From the NCBI GenBank assembly GCA_044356215.1, contig JBIKWQ010000004.1:1-64000 (forward strand): a stretch of 64,000 nt of DNA, written 5' to 3'. A program made the position numbers and the translations under genes. Positions 1-8,843 of the stretch are shown in pieces. The notes beneath the pieces were generated by a model that did no database searches, had not been told where the DNA came from, and saw only the letters and a program-made list of their open reading frames with translations. The DNA comes from Bdellovibrionota bacterium. GTDB lineage: Bacteria > Bdellovibrionota_C > UBA2361 > OMII01. The number at the start of each line of letters is the position of its first letter. Position 1 is the stretch's first letter.

Positions 1-77
1 GGTTTTTTCCCATCTCGAAAATCGAATATCAACTCAACCTCCACTTTCTCGCTACGGGTAGGTTTTGCCGGCCTTCC
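1..77. mobile_element. Right part of an IS5-like MITE, truncated by the window edge
   Basis: 76 of 77 nt match 50054-50130; ends in the terminal repeat GGTTTTGCCGGCCTTCC (61-77) followed by CTAG (78-81), a YTAR target. Confidence 0.8.
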
Positions 78-477
78 CTAGGGGCGGGAGGTCCCTAGCT
101 CGTTCAATCAATTTGTTTATCAGAAGCTTCGCCACCCCTTGATTACGGGCCTCTGGTAAAACATACATACCCCACACAAAACCCCGATGGGCGCTTTTTC
201 CGTGTTGGCTCACCCCAAGTCCGACACATCCGATAAGTTCATCTGTTGTTGAAGACGCGGCTAAGATGAAGGAACCTTCTTTGCTCCTTTGGTCAATTTG
301 GTAAGCGATATCTTCAACTGACCGCTGCTCAAAGTCCGACGCAAGCTCTCCGAAAGCTTCCGGGTGCTCGTGTAGACCGCGGAGTCTTAGCTCTTTGTAT
401 CTTTTGGCATCGTGTGGCGTTAGCTCGAAAATATGACTGAATATCTTTTGTGGTGGAGTAGACAGATGTTTGTGCAT
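52..477 (-). pseudogene. GNAT family N-acetyltransferase, C-terminus interrupted by the MITE
   Basis: Motif A (WGMYVLPEARNQGVAKLLI) is present; the frame enters the MITE end at 77 (GKAGKTYP*) before the usual C-terminal strands. Confidence 0.75.
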
Positions 478-495
478 ACGGAAATCGATCTTCTC

Positions 496-525
496 TTAGG
501 CAAGGGTTTTGCCGGCCTTCCTTAG
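496..525 (-). repeat. 22-bp solo MITE end between TTAG direct repeats
   Basis: TTAG(496-499)-GCAAGGGTTTTGCCGGCCTTCC(500-521)-TTAG(522-525). Confidence 0.75.
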
Positions 526-703
526 GTTGGCATCAGATAATCTTACCACCGATGCCCCGACTAGCAATGATAGGTTTATACTACCCCCAGAGCCTCATCT
601 CCGCTAGCCTGATGGAAAAAGCGCCCCCAGAGCGTCAGCGCGCTTTGGAAGTAGGAAGAGATTTTTACATCGCTTCAGTAGATATCCACAAGGAGAACTC
701 GCC

Positions 704-2149
704 ATGCTATTTAGCATCTTCGCTCGTAAACCACTTTCCGTTATTCAAGAGGAAGCTGGTGATGAAACTCGTGGTTTCCAAAGATCTTTAAATGGCTGGA
801 ACCTCCTCCTTCTAGGGATAGGTGGAGTTATCGGAGCGGGGATCTTTGTTCTGACGGGGCAAGCTTCAGCGCAATACGCGGGACCAGCGATCGCCATATC
901 TTTTATTCTCTCTGGTATCGCTTGCACCTTCGCGGCTCTTTGCTACGCGGAGCTCGCGGCTATGATCCCAGTCGCGGGGAGCGCTTACACTTATACTTAC
1001 GCGACACTTGGGCAGCTTATCGCCTGGATTATCGGGTGGGATCTGGTTCTTGAATACCTCTTCGGCGCATCTACAGTCGCCGTTGGTTGGTCAGGATACG
1101 TAGTGAGCTTCTTGAAAGACTTCGGAATTAATATCCCCGCTGCTTTTAGCAGCGCGCCTTTTAATTACCTGCACGGACAAGGTTGGGTGAAGACTGGGGC
1201 GATCGTTAACCTGCCAGCGATATTGATCGTTGGTTTATGTTCATGGATTTTATATGTGGGGATTAAAGAATCCGCGAAATTCAATAACGCTATAGTAATA
1301 ATAAAGCTTACGGTGCTCGCGCTGTTTATAATATGTGGGGCGATGCAGGTAGTCCCTAGTAATTGGGTTCCATTTATTCCCGATAATACCGGTGAATTTG
1401 GGCATTTCGGATGGAGTGGGATCTTTAGGGGGGCAGGGGTTATCTTCTTCGCCTACATCGGTTTCGACTCTGTATCATCGCTGGCGCAAGAGACAAAAAA
1501 CCCGCAACGTGACATGCCGTTTGGGATAATAGGTTCACTCCTGGCGTGCACAATTATCTATATCTCGGTGTCGCTGGTTTTGACGGGTGTTGTGAAATAC
1601 GACCAGTTAAATGTGCCTGATCCGATAGCAGTGGCGGTTAACGCGGCAGGGGATAGCCTCCGGTGGCTCAGGCCTTTTATTAAAATTGGCGCGATCGCTG
1701 GGCTTAGCTCAGTAGTGCTAGTGTTCTTGATGGCGCAGCCGCGAATTCTATTCAGTATGAGCCGTGATGGCTTGCTGCCTGAGGCAGCGGCGCGCGTTCA
1801 TCCTAAGTACAAAACCCCCTACATTTCGACGGTTGTCACAGGAATTTTTGCTCTGGTTATCTCGGGGCTTTTCCCGATAGGCGTGCTAGGCGAGCTTGTA
1901 TCGATCGGCACATTGTTTGCATTTATGCTCGTGTGCTTGGGCGTGCTCGTTCTTCGATTTGTAGAGCCTGACGCTCATCGCCCATTTCGAGCGCCGTTTA
2001 TCGTCCCTGTATCGATCTTAGGCGCGTTAAGCGCGCTTGCCCAGATGCTTTCATTACCTTGGGACACCTGGCTGCGCCTATTGTTATGGATGGGTCTCGG
2101 GCTCGCTGTCTACGGGCTCTATGGCAGAAGGCATGCAAAGATAAAGTAG
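704..2149 (+). CDS. APC family amino acid permease (YhdG/CAT-like)
   Basis: 481 aa, about 12 hydrophobic segments, GIGGVIGAGIFVLTG, YAELAAMIPVAGSAYTY, FFAYIGFD motifs. Confidence 0.95.
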   Translation: MLFSIFARKPLSVIQEEAGDETRGFQRSLNGWNLLLLGIGGVIGAGIFVLTGQASAQYAGPAIAISFILSGIACTFAALCYAELAAMIPVAGSAYTYTYATLGQLIAWIIGWDLVLEYLFGASTVAVGWSGYVVSFLKDFGINIPAAFSSAPFNYLHGQGWVKTGAIVNLPAILIVGLCSWILYVGIKESAKFNNAIVIIKLTVLALFIICGAMQVVPSNWVPFIPDNTGEFGHFGWSGIFRGAGVIFFAYIGFDSVSSLAQETKNPQRDMPFGIIGSLLACTIIYISVSLVLTGVVKYDQLNVPDPIAVAVNAAGDSLRWLRPFIKIGAIAGLSSVVLVFLMAQPRILFSMSRDGLLPEAAARVHPKYKTPYISTVVTGIFALVISGLFPIGVLGELVSIGTLFAFMLVCLGVLVLRFVEPDAHRPFRAPFIVPVSILGALSALAQMLSLPWDTWLRLLLWMGLGLAVYGLYGRRHAKIK

Positions 2150-2159
2150 GGCGCCGCCT

Positions 2160-2192
2160 TTAGGGAAGGCCGGCAAAACCTCGCTTCCTTAG
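2160..2192 (+). repeat. 25-bp collapsed MITE remnant between TTAG direct repeats
   Basis: TTAG-GGAAGGCCGGCAAAACCTCGCTTCC-TTAG; 2157-2186 is identical to 47770-47799. Confidence 0.8.
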
Positions 2193-2497
2193 TTTGCCAT
2201 TACAGCAGAGATCTGCTTCAGAGTTTGTACTCCCTGAGTCGTGATCTGCCAGATCTTTGAGGTGAAATCACCCTGTGGGCATGGGGTCACTAACTTCTGA
2301 CCCTCAAGGATAAACAGGAAACGCTGAGTCTCTTTCTCATCTCTTAGGCCGCTGCGCTCAGCTATCTCAGTAATCTCAAGACTGCGTGTCTCTGTATTGC
2401 CGCCGTTGTTGCCATTCGCTAGGGCGTTAAGGATCTGGATCTGGCTAATCGAAGAAGGGGAGAGACGTTTCTTTTTTGGACTAGAAGTGGATTCCAT
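2189..2497 (-). CDS. Small winged helix-turn-helix protein
   Basis: 102 aa; GGAGG SD upstream; wHTH pattern ILNAL..ITEIAERSGL..LFILEGQKLV..WQITTQG. Confidence 0.75.
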   Translation of the reverse strand: MESTSSPKKKRLSPSSISQIQILNALANGNNGGNTETRSLEITEIAERSGLRDEKETQRFLFILEGQKLVTPCPQGDFTSKIWQITTQGVQTLKQISAVMAN

Positions 2498-2713
2498 CGA
2501 TACCTCCGAAAGCGTGATTAGAAGTTATGGGCAGAGAGAAACAGGAGTATACTAGGTTGTCTTGAGTTTGGCAAATCGGGGGGCTTTTGATGAATAAAAG
2601 CATAATCCTTTAAGCGCTTTGGGCCGTTGCTAGTTAGCCGCCGTTACGATACAAAAAGGTTCGGACGGACAGCTCGAAATAAAAGGCGCGTTACCAATTA
2701 TATGAGGTGAACT

Positions 2714-3292
2714 TTGGAGCAGCTGAAGGAATCGCTACAAGCAGCGTGTGGCGCGGCGATAAGCCAGATGGTAGTTGAGCTAGGAGACTTGATTGTTACA
2801 GTCACCCCTAGCTCACTTTTCGATGTGCTAAAGACCTGCAAGGAATCCCCACTCCTCGACTTTAACATGTTGGTAGATGTGACAGCCGTTGATTGGCTGG
2901 ATTCGCGAGAGAATCGATTCGAAGTTGTGTATCAGCTCCTTAGTGTTAGTAAGCGTCACCGATTAACTATTAAGGTCCCAGTATCAGAGGATAAGCCAGA
3001 GGTTCCATCATCTACTCCGCTCTGGAACAGCGCGAATTTTATGGAGCGCGAGGTGTGGGATATGTTCGGTATTCGATTTGTAGGTCACGCGGATCTGCGC
3101 CGAATATTAATGTACGAAGAGTTCGTTGGACATCCGTTGCGCAAGGATTATCCGGTTCAAGGAAAACAACCGAGAGTTCCATTACGCTACCCAGAGGTAG
3201 AGAATACAGCCCGAAAGATGGCTCGTCCTGATTTGGTGACGATAAAATCCAAAAGAAGTAGTGACGCAGGTGCTGATAGGCAGGGGGCTTAA
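2714..3292 (+). CDS. nuoC: NADH-quinone oxidoreductase subunit C
   Basis: DVTAVDW, RFEVVYQL, EREVWDMFGI, GHPLRKDYP motifs; TTG start after GAGG. Confidence 0.95.
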   Translation: MEQLKESLQAACGAAISQMVVELGDLIVTVTPSSLFDVLKTCKESPLLDFNMLVDVTAVDWLDSRENRFEVVYQLLSVSKRHRLTIKVPVSEDKPEVPSSTPLWNSANFMEREVWDMFGIRFVGHADLRRILMYEEFVGHPLRKDYPVQGKQPRVPLRYPEVENTARKMARPDLVTIKSKRSSDAGADRQGA

Positions 3293-3297
3293 GAGAG

Positions 3298-4557
3298 ATG
3301 GCTGAGGAAAACAAAAAGCTCCTAGAAATTGATGTAGGCGTTGGCGGAATTACAACGCAGGCGCGGCCTCGGGCCATGGGTGACGATCTTCACTCGGAGA
3401 CGATGATCGTCAATTTAGGCCCGGCTCATCCAGCTACGCACGGAACCATCCGCATCGTAGCGGAGCTTTCAGGTGAAAAGATAATAGATGCTGATGTTGA
3501 TGTTGGATATCTGCACCGCGGTTTTGAGAAGATGTGCGAGACGGTTGATTACAACCAGGTCATGCCTTACACAGATCGTCTGAATTATGTATCGCCGATC
3601 ATCAACAACTTCGGTTGGTGCATGACTGTAGAGAAGCTTTTGCAGATTGAGGCTCCTAAGCGTGCGCAATACATTCGCGTAATCCTGTCTGAGATATCGA
3701 GGGTCTGCGATCACTTAACGTGTTTAGGCGCTTCAGCGATGGAGCTGGGCGCTTTTACTGTAATGCTCTACATGATGGAGGCGCGCGAGTACCTATGGGA
3801 CCTCTTAGAAGAGGTTACAGGAGCTCGTCTAACGGTCTCTTTCGGACGCGTGGGTGGAATTAAGGATGATCTGACCCCTGGATTCGCTGAAAAGATGAAA
3901 GCAGCGTTTAAAGGCGTGCGGGATCACCTGGTCAACTGCGATCGTTTGATGACGCGTAACCGTATTTTCATCGACCGTATGTGTGATGTGGCGATCCTAA
4001 CGGCGGAAGAGGCCGTTAGTTTCGGTATTACAGGGCCAATGCTTCGCGGCTCAGGGGTAAACTACGATATAAGAAAAGCGTTCCCTTACTCGAGCTACGA
4101 CGAATTCGAGTTCGATGTGCCGCTAGGTACAAAGGGTGATAACTACGATCGCTTCCTGGTGCGTTTCCAGGAGATGGAGCAGTCTTTAAGGATCTGTGAG
4201 CAGGCGATCTCTCGTTTGCCAGATGGCCCAGTTATCGTAGACGATCCGCATATAGCGCTCGAGCCGAAGGAAGAGGTTTACAAATCAATTGACGGGATGA
4301 TTAACCACTTCGAGTTAGTGATGTACGGTGTTAAGCCGCCTCAGGGATCTGTCTATCACGCGATAGAAGGTGGAAATGGAGAGCTCGGTTTCTACGTTGT
4401 ATCCGATGGAAGCGGCAAGCCGTACAGAGCGCACGTTAGGGCTCCTAGTTTTATTCATATGGGTTCGATGCGGAAGATGTTGTTGGGGGCTAATATCTCC
4501 GACCTGATACCGACCTTTGGAATGATTAATATGATAGGTGGTGAGTGTGACCGATAG
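3298..4557 (+). CDS. nuoD: NADH-quinone oxidoreductase subunit D
   Basis: NLGPAHPATHG, GYLHRGFEK, C-terminal GECDR. Confidence 0.97.
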   Translation: MAEENKKLLEIDVGVGGITTQARPRAMGDDLHSETMIVNLGPAHPATHGTIRIVAELSGEKIIDADVDVGYLHRGFEKMCETVDYNQVMPYTDRLNYVSPIINNFGWCMTVEKLLQIEAPKRAQYIRVILSEISRVCDHLTCLGASAMELGAFTVMLYMMEAREYLWDLLEEVTGARLTVSFGRVGGIKDDLTPGFAEKMKAAFKGVRDHLVNCDRLMTRNRIFIDRMCDVAILTAEEAVSFGITGPMLRGSGVNYDIRKAFPYSSYDEFEFDVPLGTKGDNYDRFLVRFQEMEQSLRICEQAISRLPDGPVIVDDPHIALEPKEEVYKSIDGMINHFELVMYGVKPPQGSVYHAIEGGNGELGFYVVSDGSGKPYRAHVRAPSFIHMGSMRKMLLGANISDLIPTFGMINMIGGECDR

Positions 4558-5161
4558 TGGACAAGTTTTTCATATAAGCACGAAGAAGATCGCGCCGGTG
4601 ACCAAGAAAGTGGTGCTCTCTGATGCCGCTGAGAAGCGGGCTCAGGAGATCATACCACTATATCCGCAGAGTCGCTCGGCGATAATGCCGCTTCTTTACA
4701 TAGCTCAGGATGAGCTCAGCTACATCTCGCAAGAGGCGGTTGAGTGGGTAGCGGATAAGCTCTCGCTTCCTCCGGTTCAGGTTTGGGAGGTCGCGACCTT
4801 CTACACCATGTATTACAAAAAGCCGGTTGGAAAATATCACTTTCAGGTATGTAGGACTCTGCCTTGCGCTCTGCGTGGAGCTAAGATGGTGTCTGATTAC
4901 CTACGCGAAAAATTCAATCTCAATCCTGGCGAGGTAAGCGCCGACGGGATGTGGAGCTTTGAGGAGGTTGAGTGCCTCGGTTCATGCGGAACAGCGCCGA
5001 TGTGCCAGATTAATGATGTGTTCTTTGAAAACCTATCTGAGGCGAAGCTAGATACGATCGTCGAGCGGATATCTAAGGAGAAGCCAGACCTACGATTCTC
5101 AACTGTGAAAGATGAGATAGGAGCTGGCCTCGCGGGGTTTCCAAAGTCTGAGATTAAGTGA
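4538..5161 (+). CDS. nuoE: NADH-quinone oxidoreductase subunit E
   Basis: VATFYTMY; 2Fe-2S ligands CRTLPC and CLGSC. Confidence 0.93.
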   Translation: MVSVTDSGQVFHISTKKIAPVTKKVVLSDAAEKRAQEIIPLYPQSRSAIMPLLYIAQDELSYISQEAVEWVADKLSLPPVQVWEVATFYTMYYKKPVGKYHFQVCRTLPCALRGAKMVSDYLREKFNLNPGEVSADGMWSFEEVECLGSCGTAPMCQINDVFFENLSEAKLDTIVERISKEKPDLRFSTVKDEIGAGLAGFPKSEIK

Positions 5162-5177
5162 AGTCTAACGATTCTTA

Positions 5178-6881
5178 GTGAGCAAAGTGATGTCTGATCC
5201 AGTGACTCCCAAGGCGCCTGAAGTGGTGAACCTGACGATCGATGGTAAAGCGGTAAGTGTACCCAAGGGGACTAATCTGATCGAGGCCGCGAAGGTGGCT
5301 GGCGTGGAGGTTCCTCACTACTGTTACCATCCGCACCTCTCTGTGGCGGGTAACTGCAGGATGTGTCAGGTCTCTGTGAAGGGACAGCCGAAGATGACGA
5401 TCGCGTGTAACACGAACGCCGCTGAAGGGATGGAGGTTGCCACTCACGAGACCAGCAAGGATGTGGCTGATTCTCAAGCGGCGGTTCTTGAGTTTATCCT
5501 TATTAATCACCCGCTAGATTGCACAGTTTGCGATCAGGCAGGCCACTGTAAATTGCAGGATTATCACTTCGAGTACAACGCTCGTCCGAGCCGTTTTCTT
5601 GAGGATAAAGTCCATAAAGTAAAAGCTCTACCACTCGGTCCAAATGTGATGCTCGATGGAGAGCGTTGTATTATGTGCACCCGCTGTATCCGTTTTTGTG
5701 ATGAGGTAACAAAAACCTCTGAGCTTGGCATGCTAAACCGCGGAGACCAATCGGTGATCGCTGTTAGCCCGGGAAGGGAGCTTAACAACGCGCTTTCTGG
5801 CTCAGTTGTTGACCTCTGTCCAGTTGGCGCGCTAACTCACCGTAAGTGGCGCTTTAACACGAGGATCTGGTTTACCAAACAAACAGAGAGTATCTGTCCT
5901 GGATGTTCAACTGGATGCAATGTGAAGGTCGCCGAACGTGATGGCCAAGTTACCCTTGTTAAAGCGCGTCGTAACGACGGTGTGAATAAGGAGTGGTTGT
6001 GCGATGAGGGACGCTACGGATTTGAGCGGTTCCTTCCAAAGAGTCGGATAACACACGCGGTAAGCAACAAGGGTGGGGCGATCTCAAACAGTAATATATC
6101 AGAGGCGATAAACGCTCTTAAGGGTCAGCTTAAGACAGTTACAGTTTTAGCTAGCCCAGAGCTTCTTGTTGAGGAGTATTATCTCCTTAGACAGCTGATG
6201 TTGCGCGCCTCGTCTGTTAGTCGTGCTGTGATAGCTTACCGCGGGAGAACACTCTCTCAAGTTGAGGAGATCTTGGTTAGCCCGGACTATGCGGCTAACT
6301 TTAGAGGCGCTCAGTTAACTGGACTCGTCGGAGAGTCTCCAGAGCAGGAGTATCAAGAGGTTCTTGGCAAGATTAGGCGCAAAGAAATTGAGAACATTCT
6401 AATCTTAGGAGATCGAGCGATCGATTCACAAGATATGGATGATGCGCTCATTGAGGGATTAAAGGCGGCCAAGGTATCGGTTGCTCTTATATCAGACGCT
6501 AGCTCGCCGCTTGCTGCCGCGGCTAGTTATGTTGTCCCAGTGCGGGGAATACTTGAGAAGTCTGGATTGCTTCTAAACCGCGCGTTACGACTTCAATATA
6601 CACAGAACGTGGTGTCCCTCGTTGATGGAACTACCCCAGAGTGGCGGTTTTTGGCGATGTTAGCAGACGCGGCCAATATAAAGATCGTCTCAGGGGATCT
6701 GAAGGCTATGAGTGACAGAGATCTAACGCGCTGGTATCTGGCGACTGATCCGGTCTTAGCGCCGCAGGGGTTAACGATACAGACGATCAAAAACGGAGGG
6801 GTTCCGCTTGAGGCGAAGGGTCTCAGTGTCGGGCAATCGAAGGCTGATGTGTCACAGGGAGCGTCGCCTTCAGCGGCGTAG
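5178..6881 (+). CDS. nuoG: NADH-quinone oxidoreductase subunit G (short form)
   Basis: CYHPHLSVAGNCRMC, HPLDCTVCDQAGHC, CIMCTRC, CPGCSTGC..WLCDEGR Fe-S motifs. Confidence 0.9.
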   Translation: MSKVMSDPVTPKAPEVVNLTIDGKAVSVPKGTNLIEAAKVAGVEVPHYCYHPHLSVAGNCRMCQVSVKGQPKMTIACNTNAAEGMEVATHETSKDVADSQAAVLEFILINHPLDCTVCDQAGHCKLQDYHFEYNARPSRFLEDKVHKVKALPLGPNVMLDGERCIMCTRCIRFCDEVTKTSELGMLNRGDQSVIAVSPGRELNNALSGSVVDLCPVGALTHRKWRFNTRIWFTKQTESICPGCSTGCNVKVAERDGQVTLVKARRNDGVNKEWLCDEGRYGFERFLPKSRITHAVSNKGGAISNSNISEAINALKGQLKTVTVLASPELLVEEYYLLRQLMLRASSVSRAVIAYRGRTLSQVEEILVSPDYAANFRGAQLTGLVGESPEQEYQEVLGKIRRKEIENILILGDRAIDSQDMDDALIEGLKAAKVSVALISDASSPLAAAASYVVPVRGILEKSGLLLNRALRLQYTQNVVSLVDGTTPEWRFLAMLADAANIKIVSGDLKAMSDRDLTRWYLATDPVLAPQGLTIQTIKNGGVPLEAKGLSVGQSKADVSQGASPSAA

Positions 6882-6887
6882 AGATCT

Positions 6888-7985
6888 ATGTTTGAATTAC
6901 TGGTTCTTTTAATTAAGGTTGGCTTCGTGCTGAATATGGCGCTGGTGTTGGGGTCGCTCTGCACCTGGCTAGAGCGTAAGGGCTCCGCTCTTATTCAAGA
7001 TCGTGTTGGAGCAAATCGCGCCGGAGCGTTCGTTCAATCTGACAGGTGGTATGTAAAGCCAGCGTTACCGTTAATCCGTATGATGGGGTGGCTAGGTGTT
7101 ATTAACACCCTTCTTTGTGATTCGGTAAAAGGGCTTTGGAAAGAGGATTTCATTCCAGAGGGGACCTCAAAGTTTCTTCACGCTGTGGCGCCGATAATCG
7201 CTGTTTTGCCGATAATGTTGGCGTTCGCTGTTTTGCCACTCGCACCAGATTTTAACCTCTTTGGCTATTACATTCACCCGCGGGTGGCTCCGATCGACGC
7301 GGGGCTCCTGTTTGTGTTGGCGATGGGTTCAGTTGCTGTTTACGGAGTCGCGATAGCCGGATGGACAGGAAACAATAAGTTCTCCCTCCTCGGATCGCTC
7401 AGAGCCGCGGCGCAGATGATCTCATACGAGCTTCCGATGGGCGTGGTGTTTGTCGCGCTGATCGTTGTTTACGGGACTCTCGATGTTTACTCGATCGTTG
7501 AGAAACAAGGGGAGCTGTTGTGGGGAATCGTTCCCAAGTGGGGAGTCATTGTTCAGCCAGTGGGCTTTGTGGTGCTGCTGTTAGCAGGCATGGCTGAGAC
7601 TAAGCGTGGACCGTTTGATTTACCGGAAGCCGAGTCTGAGTTAGCGGCGGGATACTTTACAGAGTATTCGGGTATGAAGTTTCTGCTTTTCTGGTTGGGC
7701 GAGTTCTGTGAGATAGCGCTCTTCGCTCTCTTACTTAGCTTACTTTTCTTTGGTGGATGGCAGATCCCGTGGGTTAATTTGCCAGAAGGGGTTTGGTGGG
7801 CAGCGCTGATCGGCCACATCGTTTTGATGTCTAAAGTGGTGTTCTTCTGCATATTACAGATCGTTATCCGCTGGACGTTGCCGCGTTTTCGCTATGACCA
7901 GCTGATGAATCTAGGGTGGAAGATGTTGTTGCCAGTTAGTTTGTTGAACTTAGCCGTAACGGCGATCGTTAAGGTACTAGCATGA
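6888..7985 (+). CDS. nuoH: NADH-quinone oxidoreductase subunit H
   Basis: WLERK..IQDRVG, AAAQMISYE, PFDLPEAESEL, LPRFRYDQLM. Confidence 0.97.
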   Translation: MFELLVLLIKVGFVLNMALVLGSLCTWLERKGSALIQDRVGANRAGAFVQSDRWYVKPALPLIRMMGWLGVINTLLCDSVKGLWKEDFIPEGTSKFLHAVAPIIAVLPIMLAFAVLPLAPDFNLFGYYIHPRVAPIDAGLLFVLAMGSVAVYGVAIAGWTGNNKFSLLGSLRAAAQMISYELPMGVVFVALIVVYGTLDVYSIVEKQGELLWGIVPKWGVIVQPVGFVVLLLAGMAETKRGPFDLPEAESELAAGYFTEYSGMKFLLFWLGEFCEIALFALLLSLLFFGGWQIPWVNLPEGVWWAALIGHIVLMSKVVFFCILQIVIRWTLPRFRYDQLMNLGWKMLLPVSLLNLAVTAIVKVLA

Positions 7986-8530
7986 GTTTTATCGGATTTG
8001 TAATCGGAGTAGTGGCGATCGTTTCAGGGGTCTGCGTAGTAGGGTTGAGAAATCCGCTCTACAGCGCGTTTGCCTTGGTGACTAATCTCCTGGCGATGGC
8101 GGGGCTCTACGCGGCACTTGACGCGCACTTTTTGGCGGTATCGCAGGTTGTGGTTTACGCCGGCGCGATCATGGTGTTGGTGCTATTTGTTTTGATGCTG
8201 CTCAATCTTAAGTCCGAGTCTGGGCGTAAGCTTGGATTTATCAGATCTGCGGTGGCGCTGGTGATCGGATGCGCGGTTCTACTATCAGCATTGCCTCCAG
8301 TGTTCGCCCGCTTCGCAGGAATGTCGGAGGTAACAGTTAGTGATAACGCGCGTGACTCAGAGGGAACCGTCAAGGCGATCGGTCAGGAGCTATATACCAA
8401 GTATGTCCCCCAATTTGAGTTGTCTTCGTTAGTTTTATTGATCGGAGTGGTGGGGGCGGTGATGCTCTCTAAGCGCAGGAGCGTAACGTTACAGCCTAGA
8501 GCCGGTGGTCTAGTCGGGGGGAGTAAGTAA
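7982..8530 (+). CDS. nuoJ: NADH-quinone oxidoreductase subunit J
   Basis: [20 protein letters not shown] motif. Confidence 0.95.
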   Translation: MSFIGFVIGVVAIVSGVCVVGLRNPLYSAFALVTNLLAMAGLYAALDAHFLAVSQVVVYAGAIMVLVLFVLMLLNLKSESGRKLGFIRSAVALVIGCAVLLSALPPVFARFAGMSEVTVSDNARDSEGTVKAIGQELYTKYVPQFELSSLVLLIGVVGAVMLSKRRSVTLQPRAGGLVGGSK

Positions 8531-8535
8531 TAAAG

Positions 8536-8838
8536 ATGAACTCTGTTCTTACATACGTAGCGCTTTCGATGGCGCTCTTTGTTATCGGCGCGATCGGGGT
8601 GTGTCTCCGTCGCAACGCGATAGTTGTTTTCATGTGTATCGAGATGATGCTTAACGCGGTGAACCTAGCTTTTGTCGCTTTTAGCAAGCTTCACGGCAAC
8701 CTCGACGGACAGATAGCCGTTTTCTTCGTAATGGTGATCGCGGCGGCTGAATCAGCGATCGGATTGGCTATTATCCTCTCGGTCTTTCGGAGTGTCGCTT
8801 CGGTTGAGACCACTGACGCGGGTGAACTGAAATGGTAG
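8536..8838 (+). CDS. nuoK: NADH-quinone oxidoreductase subunit K
   Basis: [21 protein letters not shown]. Confidence 0.97.
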   Translation: MNSVLTYVALSMALFVIGAIGVCLRRNAIVVFMCIEMMLNAVNLAFVAFSKLHGNLDGQIAVFFVMVIAAAESAIGLAIILSVFRSVASVETTDAGELKW

Positions 8839-8843
8839 GTGAT

